Source of the DNA: Geotalea daltonii FRC-32
GTDB lineage: Bacteria; Desulfobacterota; Desulfuromonadia; Geobacterales; Geobacteraceae
Length of the DNA stretch: 32,000 nt
Assembly (NCBI RefSeq): GCF_000022265.1
Contig: NC_011979.1
Location: 4,230,001 to 4,262,000 of the forward strand
Reading direction: 5' to 3'
The notes below the pieces were generated by a model. The model did no database searches. It was not told the DNA's origin and saw nothing but the letters and a program-made list of their open reading frames with translations. The translations under genes were made by a program, and so were the position numbers. Numbering within the stretch: the first letter of the stretch is position 1; each line of letters starts with the position of its first letter. Shown here in pieces: positions 24,843 through 32,000 of the stretch.

Positions 24843-26225
24843 CTAGTCGAATCCTCGCATGGGAACGTGCTTCGCCTTCAGTTCATTTAATATGCCTAAG
24901 GCGCGGATCGCGCCGGAACCGTCCCCTTCCCTGGAGTATGCCAGGACCAACATCCTCCAGCCCAGCCAGTTTTCCGGATTGATCCGCACTGCGTAATTCC
25001 AGAGCACAATGGCGCTCCGCCACTGTTTGGTCTGGTTCCAGGTGGTCGGTATCATTCCAGCAAACACCAGTGCCACGAGCAGAGCCACCCCCTTCTTAGG
25101 CCATCCCCTGCGCTGCGCCAGGCTGCAGAAAGCAAAAGAGATTACCGCACTGAAGCCGAGCATAGGAAAATACAGGTAACGGTCGTTCTTCAGGGTGATC
25201 AGCGGAACGATCTGGGCCACCGGCAACAAACCGATGAAAAAGAAGGCATACCAGAAGAAGTACCAGCGTTTCCTCCGATACAGCACCATTCCCAGAGCCA
25301 CAAGACTGAGCACCAGGAGGCCGCTGAGGAAGAACGCCATATCTGGTGCCGTTCTAATTTTAGTGATGTAGTGGGGACTCAGCCAGGCAGGGCAGAAACA
25401 ATCCCGTAGATACTCGGCCAGCACTGGAGTCATGGTGTAGGCAGTCGTAATCAGATTCCCCCCCGGATACGCCCTGATGCCCGGCGACTTGTTGAGATAG
25501 TGCGACTGGCTGAGGATGGCGAGACACCCGGTGGCAAGGGCAATGAGGACATAGGGGATCTTGTTCCGGAGGTTGAACCGTGGCCGGCCGTCTTCGGCGC
25601 AGAGATCGAAAAGAAAGAGGGAAAAGGGAAGAATGACCACCACGGATTTGGCAAGAAGCGCCAGAAGGAATGCAATCATTGAAGCGGCATACAGCCGGAG
25701 CCCCCTCCCCTCACGGTACCGGATATACCAGATGAAGGAAAGCAGGAAGAACAGCATGGCCAGTAGGTTCTTTCGCTGAGAAATCCAGGCCACTGTCTCC
25801 ACTTGCACCGGATGAAGGAGAAAGATCCCCGCAGCCAACAGGGAAGCGACTCTCTGCCGGGTGAGCCTCTCCAGAAGATGGAAAAACAAAAGGCCGTTCA
25901 GTGCATGGAGCAACTGGTTGGTCGCCTTAAATCCGACCGGATTCAGTCCCCAGAATTCATAATCCAGCATGTAGGAAATGATCTGGACCGGCGCATAGTT
26001 TTGCACGTAGAAATTAGTGAACGCCAGCTTCAGGTGCTCGAGCGAGACGCCATGCGCTGCAGTATTCCCCAAAACATAGTTATCGTCATCCCAGTTGATA
26101 AGGAACTGGTGGCTGAAAGTATCAGAGTAGACCAGGAACACAGCGGCCACGAACAGCAGAAAGTAGGCGATGGTTTCCCTGTTGCTCCAGATTCTGGAAT
26201 TGGTTTGTGAAGAATCGACCGTCAT
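24843..26225 (-). CDS. GT-C fold membrane glycosyltransferase, TMTC/PMT-like, with short C-terminal TPR-like tail
   Basis: The ORF track start is 26339. The ATG at 26225 is preceded by AAAGGAG, and the upstream 38 codons are an out-of-frame ssb remnant. The protein has about 10 TM helices. The N-terminal loop FLINWDDDNYVLGN carries the acidic DD motif. HPVQVETVAWISQRKNLL and NDRYLYFP resemble bacterial TMTC/DUF1736-type proteins as I recall them. Confidence 0.6.
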   Translation of the reverse strand: MTVDSSQTNSRIWSNRETIAYFLLFVAAVFLVYSDTFSHQFLINWDDDNYVLGNTAAHGVSLEHLKLAFTNFYVQNYAPVQIISYMLDYEFWGLNPVGFKATNQLLHALNGLLFFHLLERLTRQRVASLLAAGIFLLHPVQVETVAWISQRKNLLAMLFFLLSFIWYIRYREGRGLRLYAASMIAFLLALLAKSVVVILPFSLFLFDLCAEDGRPRFNLRNKIPYVLIALATGCLAILSQSHYLNKSPGIRAYPGGNLITTAYTMTPVLAEYLRDCFCPAWLSPHYITKIRTAPDMAFFLSGLLVLSLVALGMVLYRRKRWYFFWYAFFFIGLLPVAQIVPLITLKNDRYLYFPMLGFSAVISFAFCSLAQRRGWPKKGVALLVALVFAGMIPTTWNQTKQWRSAIVLWNYAVRINPENWLGWRMLVLAYSREGDGSGAIRALGILNELKAKHVPMRGFD

Positions 26226-26310
26226 GGCAGCACTCCTTTGACTGAACTGTGACCGAAGATCGCTTTTATCATAAAAATAACTTTGCCAGGAATTACGGGA
26301 ATCGCATAGC

Positions 26311-26469
26311 TGTCGTGCCGCTCGGTCTTTTCTGCCCAATCGCCGCTCTTGCTCTTGAACCGCTCGCTGGTGGCGAGGAAAAATCCGGCTGCGATAGCTC
26401 CAGAGGCGGTGAGCGCACTTCCAGGTCTATATCCGGGTTGCAGCCAGTATGACCTTGTTCAAACTGGCC
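26311..26469 (-). pseudogene. degenerate duplicate of the ssb 5' end (about first 55 codons)
   Basis: It aligns to 22841-23001. About three quarters of positions are identical over the first 100 nt, counted by hand, with a net 2-nt length difference. The start codon is lost (ATTCGGCC versus ATATGGCC). It reads ASLNKVILAATRI-stop, then in another frame LATSERFKSKSGDWAEKTE versus the intact [19 protein letters not shown]. The SD-like AAGGAG is retained upstream, around 26477-26482. Confidence 0.8.
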
Positions 26470-26637
26470 GAATAAAGCTCCTTCGATAAATTGCCAACGA
26501 GGCGTGTCAACAGTAATAACCCATTGATTTCAGGCAATGGTGCCCGATAAAGTATTCATGATGTTAACCCGCTTATGCCGGGCTAGGCAATGGATTTTTG
26601 CCTGCCACGGCATAAAACAAGGTCATGGAGATGACAG

Positions 26638-27108
26638 ATGAACTATAGCAAATACCTCCTTGCAAGCCTGTTTCCGTTGGTTGTCACAGCGTGTGCGGCA
26701 ACTTCCGGGACGATGCTGCAATCTGTTGCAGGTTATCCGTTTCATCACGATGCCTTCGATCTCAAGGTTGCCTGGGGGGTGACGCCAGCAGAAGACGGGG
26801 TAGTTATCGCCGGCGTGGTACAGAACGTCAGGTACCTGCAGGTGCGAAATGTCGACATGACCGTGCTGCTCCTTGATCGGGAGAAGAAGGTGCAGTCAAG
26901 GGGAAGAAGCTTTCCCAGCCCCGACTGGATCGACCAGGACGAACGTGGCGTGTTTGATCTCCATTTGACAGGTGTTACTCCCGGCAAGGGAGATCTGCTG
27001 CAGTTCATAATTAATTACTACGCGATGGACGATGCTTCCAGTTCGTTCTACTGGATCAGCAGCTTTACGGTTGATGCACTGAGCGGCAGGAAAGTGGCAA
27101 GCCCTTGA
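26638..27108 (+). CDS. hypothetical lipoprotein
   Basis: Lipobox LVVTAC in MNYSKYLLASLFPLVVTACAATSG. GGAG lies 7 nt upstream of the ATG. I recognise no family motif. Confidence 0.6.
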   Translation: MNYSKYLLASLFPLVVTACAATSGTMLQSVAGYPFHHDAFDLKVAWGVTPAEDGVVIAGVVQNVRYLQVRNVDMTVLLLDREKKVQSRGRSFPSPDWIDQDERGVFDLHLTGVTPGKGDLLQFIINYYAMDDASSSFYWISSFTVDALSGRKVASP

Positions 27109-27277
27109 ATCATGGAACGGAGATTGAGCCTGTTTAACTGATGCCCCCATGCCTCCCCTGGCCTCACAAAAACAGCAGCAACTTGAGGGAAACGTATCTT
27201 GCAGCAAAAGATATTTGATTTGACTCTGCGGATAAAAAACAGTACTTTACCCCGGATATTCACGGAGTCTTTCGTCT

Positions 27278-27976
27278 ATGCTGCGCGCCTATCTTTATCT
27301 TCTGTTCTTTGTACCGTTCACCTTATCGTGCAGCATTACCGCCATTGTCGGCACATTATTCGACGCAACCGGCGCCTTTGCCCACAAATGCTCCCGCTTC
27401 TGGAGTCGATGGGGTTTAAGCCTTGCCGGGATAAAGATTGAAGTTGAAGGGTTGAAAAATGTCCCCGGCGAAGGGCCGCTGATATTCATGGGCAACCACC
27501 AGGGCAACTTCGATATCCTTGCCCTCTCCCTGGCTATTCCCAGGCGGTTTTCCTGGATAGCCAAGAAGGAGCTTTTTGCCATACCGTTGTTCGGCGAAGC
27601 CATGCGGCGGGCCGGCTACATTCCCCTGGACAGGAGCGACGGCCGGCGGGCACTGAAGAGCATGAACGCCGCCGCAGACCGCATCAGAAACGGCAGCAGC
27701 GTCGTGGTATTTCCCGAAGGAACGCGCACCAAGGACGGCAATCTGCTCCCCTTCAAGCGGGGAGGGTTCCTCCTGGCAGCCAAGGCCGGGGTGCCGATCA
27801 TCCCCTTCACCATCAACGGCAGCATGAAGATCAATCCCCGCAACCGCATCGAGCTCTATCCCGGCACCCTGCGGATCAGTTTTGCCAGGCCGGTGGCTAC
27901 TGCCACGGGTCAGGACAAGGACCAGGTGCAGTTGATGGAGCAGGTAAGGCTGGCCATTGCCGCGGGGCTGGAGTGA
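27278..27976 (+). CDS. plsC: 1-acyl-sn-glycerol-3-phosphate acyltransferase
   Basis: Acyltransferase motifs NHQGNFD (HxxxxD) and FPEGTRTKDG. N-terminal membrane helix. Typical length of about 230 aa. Confidence 0.9.
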   Translation: MLRAYLYLLFFVPFTLSCSITAIVGTLFDATGAFAHKCSRFWSRWGLSLAGIKIEVEGLKNVPGEGPLIFMGNHQGNFDILALSLAIPRRFSWIAKKELFAIPLFGEAMRRAGYIPLDRSDGRRALKSMNAAADRIRNGSSVVVFPEGTRTKDGNLLPFKRGGFLLAAKAGVPIIPFTINGSMKINPRNRIELYPGTLRISFARPVATATGQDKDQVQLMEQVRLAIAAGLE

Positions 27977-27977
27977 T

Positions 27978-28163
27978 ATGACACCGATTGTTCACTGGAT
28001 AATGATTGTCGCCGGGCTGGTCGCAATTGGCTGGGGCCTGCAGGCAGCCCACCGTTTGAGATCCCCCTTTGACATCCTCGCGGCTCTGGTCGCCCTTATC
28101 GGCCTGATATCCGCTCTCCTGGGGGCACTGCTCGTTGCAGTACCCGGATTTTTTCAGGGATAA
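27978..28163 (+). CDS. small two-helix membrane protein (61 aa)
   Basis: The ATG at 27978 lies 1 nt after the plsC stop, suggesting translational coupling. The ORF-track start at 27957 would overlap plsC. The protein has two hydrophobic helices. The gene call rests only on position and hydrophobicity. Confidence 0.45.
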   Translation: MTPIVHWIMIVAGLVAIGWGLQAAHRLRSPFDILAALVALIGLISALLGALLVAVPGFFQG

Positions 28164-28171
28164 GGTGTGTA

Positions 28172-28570
28172 ATGGAAAAAGCTAAAACCATAGCGGTCAA
28201 CATCGCCGTCATCGCCGTCATCTCGGTCATCCTCCTCTGGGGCAACACCCTCTATCGCCAGCACGTGCAATTCGCCAAGGGAGAGAAGGCACTGGCCGCC
28301 GGCGATACCGTTGCCGCCATTGCCGGTTTCGAGTCGGCCATTCACATGTACACGCCGGCAAGCAGCCTGGTAGACAAGGCCGCCGAAAAGCTCTGGAGCA
28401 TCGGCCAGGAAGCCGAAGGAAGGGGTAATATCCCCAGGGCGCTGATCGCCTACCGTTCCCTGCGCAGTTCCTTTTATGCAGTAAGAGGATTGACTGCTCC
28501 CGGCAGTGAGTGGATCAACCGCTGCGAAATAAAAATAGACCAACTACTAAAACAACCTTCAAAGCAGTAA
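28172..28570 (+). CDS. hypothetical N-terminally anchored protein
   Basis: TM helix IAVNIAVIAVISVILLW followed by a helical soluble region. SD-like AAGGTG. It sits in the plsC-to-rnj gene string. Confidence 0.55.
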   Translation: MEKAKTIAVNIAVIAVISVILLWGNTLYRQHVQFAKGEKALAAGDTVAAIAGFESAIHMYTPASSLVDKAAEKLWSIGQEAEGRGNIPRALIAYRSLRSSFYAVRGLTAPGSEWINRCEIKIDQLLKQPSKQ

Positions 28571-28625
28571 GGGAGCATGCCTTCACAGGGTATCTGCCGC
28601 CTGCTGGTAGAAAGCCTGAAACCAC

Positions 28626-30302
28626 ATGGAAACACCCATCAGCGACAGCATCGGCCTTAAAATCATTCCCCTCGGCGGTCTCGGCGAGATCGGCCTCAAC
28701 ATGGCCGTTTTCGAATACGGTGATGACATCGTCATCGTCGACTGCGGCCTGATGTTTCCCGAGCCGGATATGCTCGGCATCGATATCGTAATCCCCGACA
28801 TCACCTATCTCATCGAACGCCTGGACAAAGTGCGGGGCATCCTGCTCACCCACGGCCATGAAGACCATATCGGCGCCCTGCCGTTCGTCCTGCGGCAGCT
28901 CAATCCCCCCATTTACGGCACGGCCCTGACCTTGGGCTTTGTCAGGGAAAAGCTAAAGGAATACGAGCTGGACAACAAGGTCGATCTGCGCGTGGTCCGC
29001 CCGCGGGATGTGGTCGACCTGGGCGTGTTCAGCGTCGAGTTCATCCGCGTCGCCCACTCCATCGTTGACGGCTGCGGCCTGGCCATCGGCACCCCCGAAG
29101 GGGTCGTCATCCATACCGGTGATTTCAAGCTGGACCAGACCCCGGTGGATGGCGAGCTCACCGACTTGGCCACCTTTTCCCGCTATGGAGAGGCGGGAGT
29201 CCTGGCTCTGATGGCCGATTCCACCAACGTGGAACGGGAAGGCTACACCCTGTCGGAGAAGCTTGTGGGGGACGCCTTTGACGAGATCTTTCCCCGTTGC
29301 CCCCAGCGGGTCATCGTCGCCGCCTTTTCCAGCAATATTCATCGGGTGCAGCAAGTTGTCGAAGCCGCAGCACGCTGTGGCCGCAAGGTACTCCTTAACG
29401 GCCGCTCCATGATCGCCAACGTCCAAATTGCCCGAGAGCTGGGTTATCTGCGCATCCCCGACGACCTGCTCATCGACCTGAAGGAGATGAATCGCCTGCC
29501 CAAGGAACAGATCTGCATGATCACCACCGGTAGCCAGGGAGAACCCATGAGCGCCCTGACCAGGATTGCCATGGATGATCACAAGCAGATCAAGCTTGAA
29601 GAAGGGGACACGGTCATACTCTCCTCCCGTTTTATCCCAGGCAACGAAAAAACCATCTCCGACCTGATCAACCACCTCTACCGGCGCGGCGCCGAAGTTT
29701 ACCACGAGAAAGTTTCCGAAGTGCACGTTTCCGGCCATGCCAGCCAGGAAGAGCTGAAGCTCCTGCAGAACCTGGTCCGTCCCCGCTACTTTATCCCCGT
29801 CCATGGGGAATACCGCCACCTGGTCAAGCACGGCCAGCTGGCCCAGAGGCTCGGCCTGCCCAAGGAGCGCTGCATCCTCGCCGTCAACGGTGACGTTATC
29901 GCCTTCAGTAACGGTGAAGGTTGCATTATCGATCGGATCGAAACGGGCCGGGTCTTTGTCGACGGCAAAGGAGTCGGGGATGTGGGGAACGTGGTGCTGA
30001 AAGACCGCAAGCATCTTTCCGAGGACGGCATGGTGGTGGTCATCATCGGGATCAATCAGGGGAGCGGCGAGATCATCTATGGCCCCGACATCGTTTCCCG
30101 GGGTTTCGTTTTCGAGGACGAAAGCCAGGAATACCTGGATGAAGCCAAAAAGGTTGTCGTCGATACCCTGGCGCTGGTGAACACCGAGGTGCGGGCCGAC
30201 TGGAGCGAGGTCAAGCTGGAGGTGCGCCGGGTCCTGCGCCGCTTCTTCAACAAGACCATCGAGCGGCGGCCGGTGATCCTGCCGCTGGTTCTGGAAATGT
30301 AG
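28626..30302 (+). CDS. rnj: ribonuclease J (metallo-beta-lactamase / beta-CASP)
   Basis: N-terminus LKIIPLGGLGEIGLNMAVFEY. Zinc motif THGHEDHIGALP. Beta-CASP region and HVSGHASQEEL motif. 558 aa, typical for RNase J. Confidence 0.93.
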   Translation: METPISDSIGLKIIPLGGLGEIGLNMAVFEYGDDIVIVDCGLMFPEPDMLGIDIVIPDITYLIERLDKVRGILLTHGHEDHIGALPFVLRQLNPPIYGTALTLGFVREKLKEYELDNKVDLRVVRPRDVVDLGVFSVEFIRVAHSIVDGCGLAIGTPEGVVIHTGDFKLDQTPVDGELTDLATFSRYGEAGVLALMADSTNVEREGYTLSEKLVGDAFDEIFPRCPQRVIVAAFSSNIHRVQQVVEAAARCGRKVLLNGRSMIANVQIARELGYLRIPDDLLIDLKEMNRLPKEQICMITTGSQGEPMSALTRIAMDDHKQIKLEEGDTVILSSRFIPGNEKTISDLINHLYRRGAEVYHEKVSEVHVSGHASQEELKLLQNLVRPRYFIPVHGEYRHLVKHGQLAQRLGLPKERCILAVNGDVIAFSNGEGCIIDRIETGRVFVDGKGVGDVGNVVLKDRKHLSEDGMVVVIIGINQGSGEIIYGPDIVSRGFVFEDESQEYLDEAKKVVVDTLALVNTEVRADWSEVKLEVRRVLRRFFNKTIERRPVILPLVLEM

Positions 30303-30354
30303 GGGCGGCCCCGTGTGGCCGCCCTAAATCAGGCAACCACACGGGGTTGCCCCT
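30301..30354 (+). terminator. compound GC-rich palindrome after rnj (possible terminator or RNA-processing hairpin)
   Basis: GGGCGGCC/GGCCGCCC (30303-30324) and GGCAACC/GGTTGCC (30332-30351) each form local hairpins. Alternatively the two halves pair with each other in a roughly 24-bp imperfect stem. No T-tract follows. Confidence 0.35.
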
Positions 30355-30380
30355 ACCGTCAAGCAAAAATGTAGAAGGTT

Positions 30381-32000
30381 ATGGACCAACAGAGCGACAA
30401 AAAAGAAAAACTTCTCAAGGAAATGAAAGGGATCGGCCTGGGGGCCATGGGGCTGTTCCTGTTCATTGCCCTCGTCTCTTTCAATGGCAGCGATCTTTCC
30501 TTCAACAGCTACTCTGCCGTCGGCGAGACCCACAACCTTGGGGGCCGTTTCGGCGCCCAGCTGGCCGATGCCTGTCTGCAGCTTTTCGGCCTTGCCGCTT
30601 ACGGCATGCCCATTGCCCTCTTCTACATCACCTACCGCATCCTGCGCTATAAAGAAGTGCGCTGGCGCTCCTACAAGTTTGCCGCCTTTTTCATCCTCCT
30701 CATCTCCTTAAGCGCCCTCTTCGCCTTCAATCTTGAATTCACCGAATTTCTCGGCCAGAGGGTGCAGACCGGCGGCTGGATCGGCTTCAAGACTGCCGAC
30801 TTCCTCAAACGTGCCTTCGGCAAGCTGGGAACAATCCTGATCCTCCTGCCGATGCTGGCCGGATCGATCATGGTCCTGTCCCGCTTTTCCTTCATGCTCT
30901 TTGCCGACTGGTGGCTGAAATCGATGAAAATCAAGTGGGAACGTCATCGGCAGCGCAAAGCACTGAACAGGGAAATCCTGGACAAGGAAAACAAGCTCGC
31001 CCCGGCCGGCGCCCCCGTGATAAAAACGGTCCCTGCTCCTATGCCGGTGCCGGCACCGGTGGCGAAAAAGGAAAAGAAACAGGATGATAAAAAGGCCGCC
31101 GCCGTCCAGGAGGCCTTTGAATTCGTCAAGAGCGACGGCAACTACCAGACTCCACCCCTATCCCTGCTGGACATGCCCCAGGTGACGGAAAAGCGCCTGG
31201 ATAAAGATGCCCTGGCCATGAATGCCAGGCTGCTGGAGAAAAAGCTCAAGGATTTCGGCGTCGAGGGGGAAGTGGTAGAAATCTGTCCCGGGCCGGTCAT
31301 CACCATGTACGAATTCGCTCCGGGCCCCGGCATCAAGGTGAGTCGAATTGCCGGACTTGCCGATGACCTGTCCATGGCGCTGCAGGCCCTCTCCATCCGC
31401 ATCGTCGCCCCTATCCCTGGCAAAGGAGTCGTTGGCATCGAACTTCCCAACCGGGACCGGGAGATGGTTTCTCTCAGGGAGATCTTCAACAGCGAGGAGT
31501 TCCACCAGCGCAAGATGAAGCTGCCGCTTGCTTTAGGTAAGGATGTCGCCGGCGCACCACTGGTTACCGATCTGGCCAAGATGCCCCACCTGCTTGTTGC
31601 CGGCGCCACCGGCTCCGGCAAGTCCGTCGCCATCAACACCATGATTCTCTCCCTCCTCTATACTTCGACCCCCAACGATGTGCGCATCATCATGGTCGAT
31701 CCGAAGATGCTGGAGCTATCCGTTTATGAGGGGATCCCCCACCTGCTGTTGCCGGTGGTAACAAACCCGAAGAAGGCCTCCCTGGCCTTGAAATGGGCGG
31801 TGGAGGAGATGGGACGCCGCTACCGGCTCATGTCCGACAAGGGAGTGCGCAATATCGACTCCTACAATAAGCAGCTGGAGCGGGAAGAAAAGGAGCTTGC
31901 GGAAAACCTGGCCAAAGAGACAGTGGTTGTGGAAGAGGTAGAGGAACTTGGTGCAGACGAAGAGGAGGCCATCCAGGCCTTCCTCAACAAAGACGAGGAG
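30381..32000 (+). CDS. ftsK: DNA translocase FtsK (5' part, runs off the window)
   Basis: This ORF is not in the ORF track because it has no stop in the window. I read it in frame from the ATG at 30381. The N-terminal membrane helices begin MDQQSDKKEKLLKEMKGIGLGAMGLFLFIALVSF. A Pro/Ala/Lys-rich linker follows, then a motor domain with Walker A VAGATGSGKSVAINTMI and IIMVDPKMLELS. Confidence 0.92.
   Translation, partial: MDQQSDKKEKLLKEMKGIGLGAMGLFLFIALVSFNGSDLSFNSYSAVGETHNLGGRFGAQLADACLQLFGLAAYGMPIALFYITYRILRYKEVRWRSYKFAAFFILLISLSALFAFNLEFTEFLGQRVQTGGWIGFKTADFLKRAFGKLGTILILLPMLAGSIMVLSRFSFMLFADWWLKSMKIKWERHRQRKALNREILDKENKLAPAGAPVIKTVPAPMPVPAPVAKKEKKQDDKKAAAVQEAFEFVKSDGNYQTPPLSLLDMPQVTEKRLDKDALAMNARLLEKKLKDFGVEGEVVEICPGPVITMYEFAPGPGIKVSRIAGLADDLSMALQALSIRIVAPIPGKGVVGIELPNRDREMVSLREIFNSEEFHQRKMKLPLALGKDVAGAPLVTDLAKMPHLLVAGATGSGKSVAINTMILSLLYTSTPNDVRIIMVDPKMLELSVYEGIPHLLLPVVTNPKKASLALKWAVEEMGRRYRLMSDKGVRNIDSYNKQLEREEKELAENLAKETVVVEEVEELGADEEEAIQAFLNKDEE

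Noticed and set aside
26226-26339. 38-codon N-terminal extension of the glycosyltransferase ORF
   Set aside because: The extension is the ssb-fragment region read in a different frame. The ATG at 26225 has a good SD and starts just before the first TM helix.
3774-30014. Long antisense ORFs inside well-supported genes (for example 3774..4460 -, 4940..5791 +, 7696..8457 +, 10510..11292 +, 13746..14483 +, 17809..18990 +, 28953..30014 -)
   Set aside because: These are typical open frames opposite GC-rich genes. They have no motifs and no SD, and each is fully contained in a gene with strong domain evidence.
1-32000. CRISPR arrays, tRNA or rRNA genes
   Set aside because: The repeats found are inverted-repeat elements at irregular positions, not short direct repeats with uniform spacers. 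I recognised no cloverleaf-like or rRNA-like segments. A covariance-model scan would be needed to exclude small RNAs.

Overview
This looks like a chromosomal window from a GC-rich bacterium. Gene content suggests Desulfuromonadales/Geobacter-like; that taxon call is inference only. I support 26 protein-coding genes, one pseudogene fragment and six copies of short TIR-bounded repeats. I recognised no rRNA, tRNA or CRISPR array. The right end is a housekeeping block: ssb, plsC, rnj (RNase J) and 5'-partial ftsK. The rest is dominated by signal transduction: four histidine kinases in two paralogous pairs, a CheB-CheR-PAS fusion, a KaiC-like double-RecA ATPase and an HD-GYP phosphodiesterase. No response regulator gene is visible. 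The observations most worth a second look: (1) A same-strand kaiC-like / pseudo-receiver kinase / CheB-CheR-PAS / PAS-kinase cluster (13164-20678) behind a near-consensus promoter that has a perfect palindrome in its spacer. (2) Three MITE-like families, four of whose copies have 4-bp target-site duplications. Two near-identical copies sit in both intercistronic gaps of that cluster, and one copy supplies the C-terminus and stop codon of a NUDIX gene. (3) A lipoprotein fusing a mono-heme cytochrome c domain to an L-type lectin domain. (4) A secreted protein made almost only of Gly/Thr/Ser with regularly spaced FG dipeptides. (5) A degenerate duplicate of the ssb 5' end that, with intact ssb, brackets a GT-C glycosyltransferase gene and a visibly AT-rich block encoding a secreted beta-helix protein. 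All domain calls come from motifs read by eye in the supplied translations; no database search was possible.
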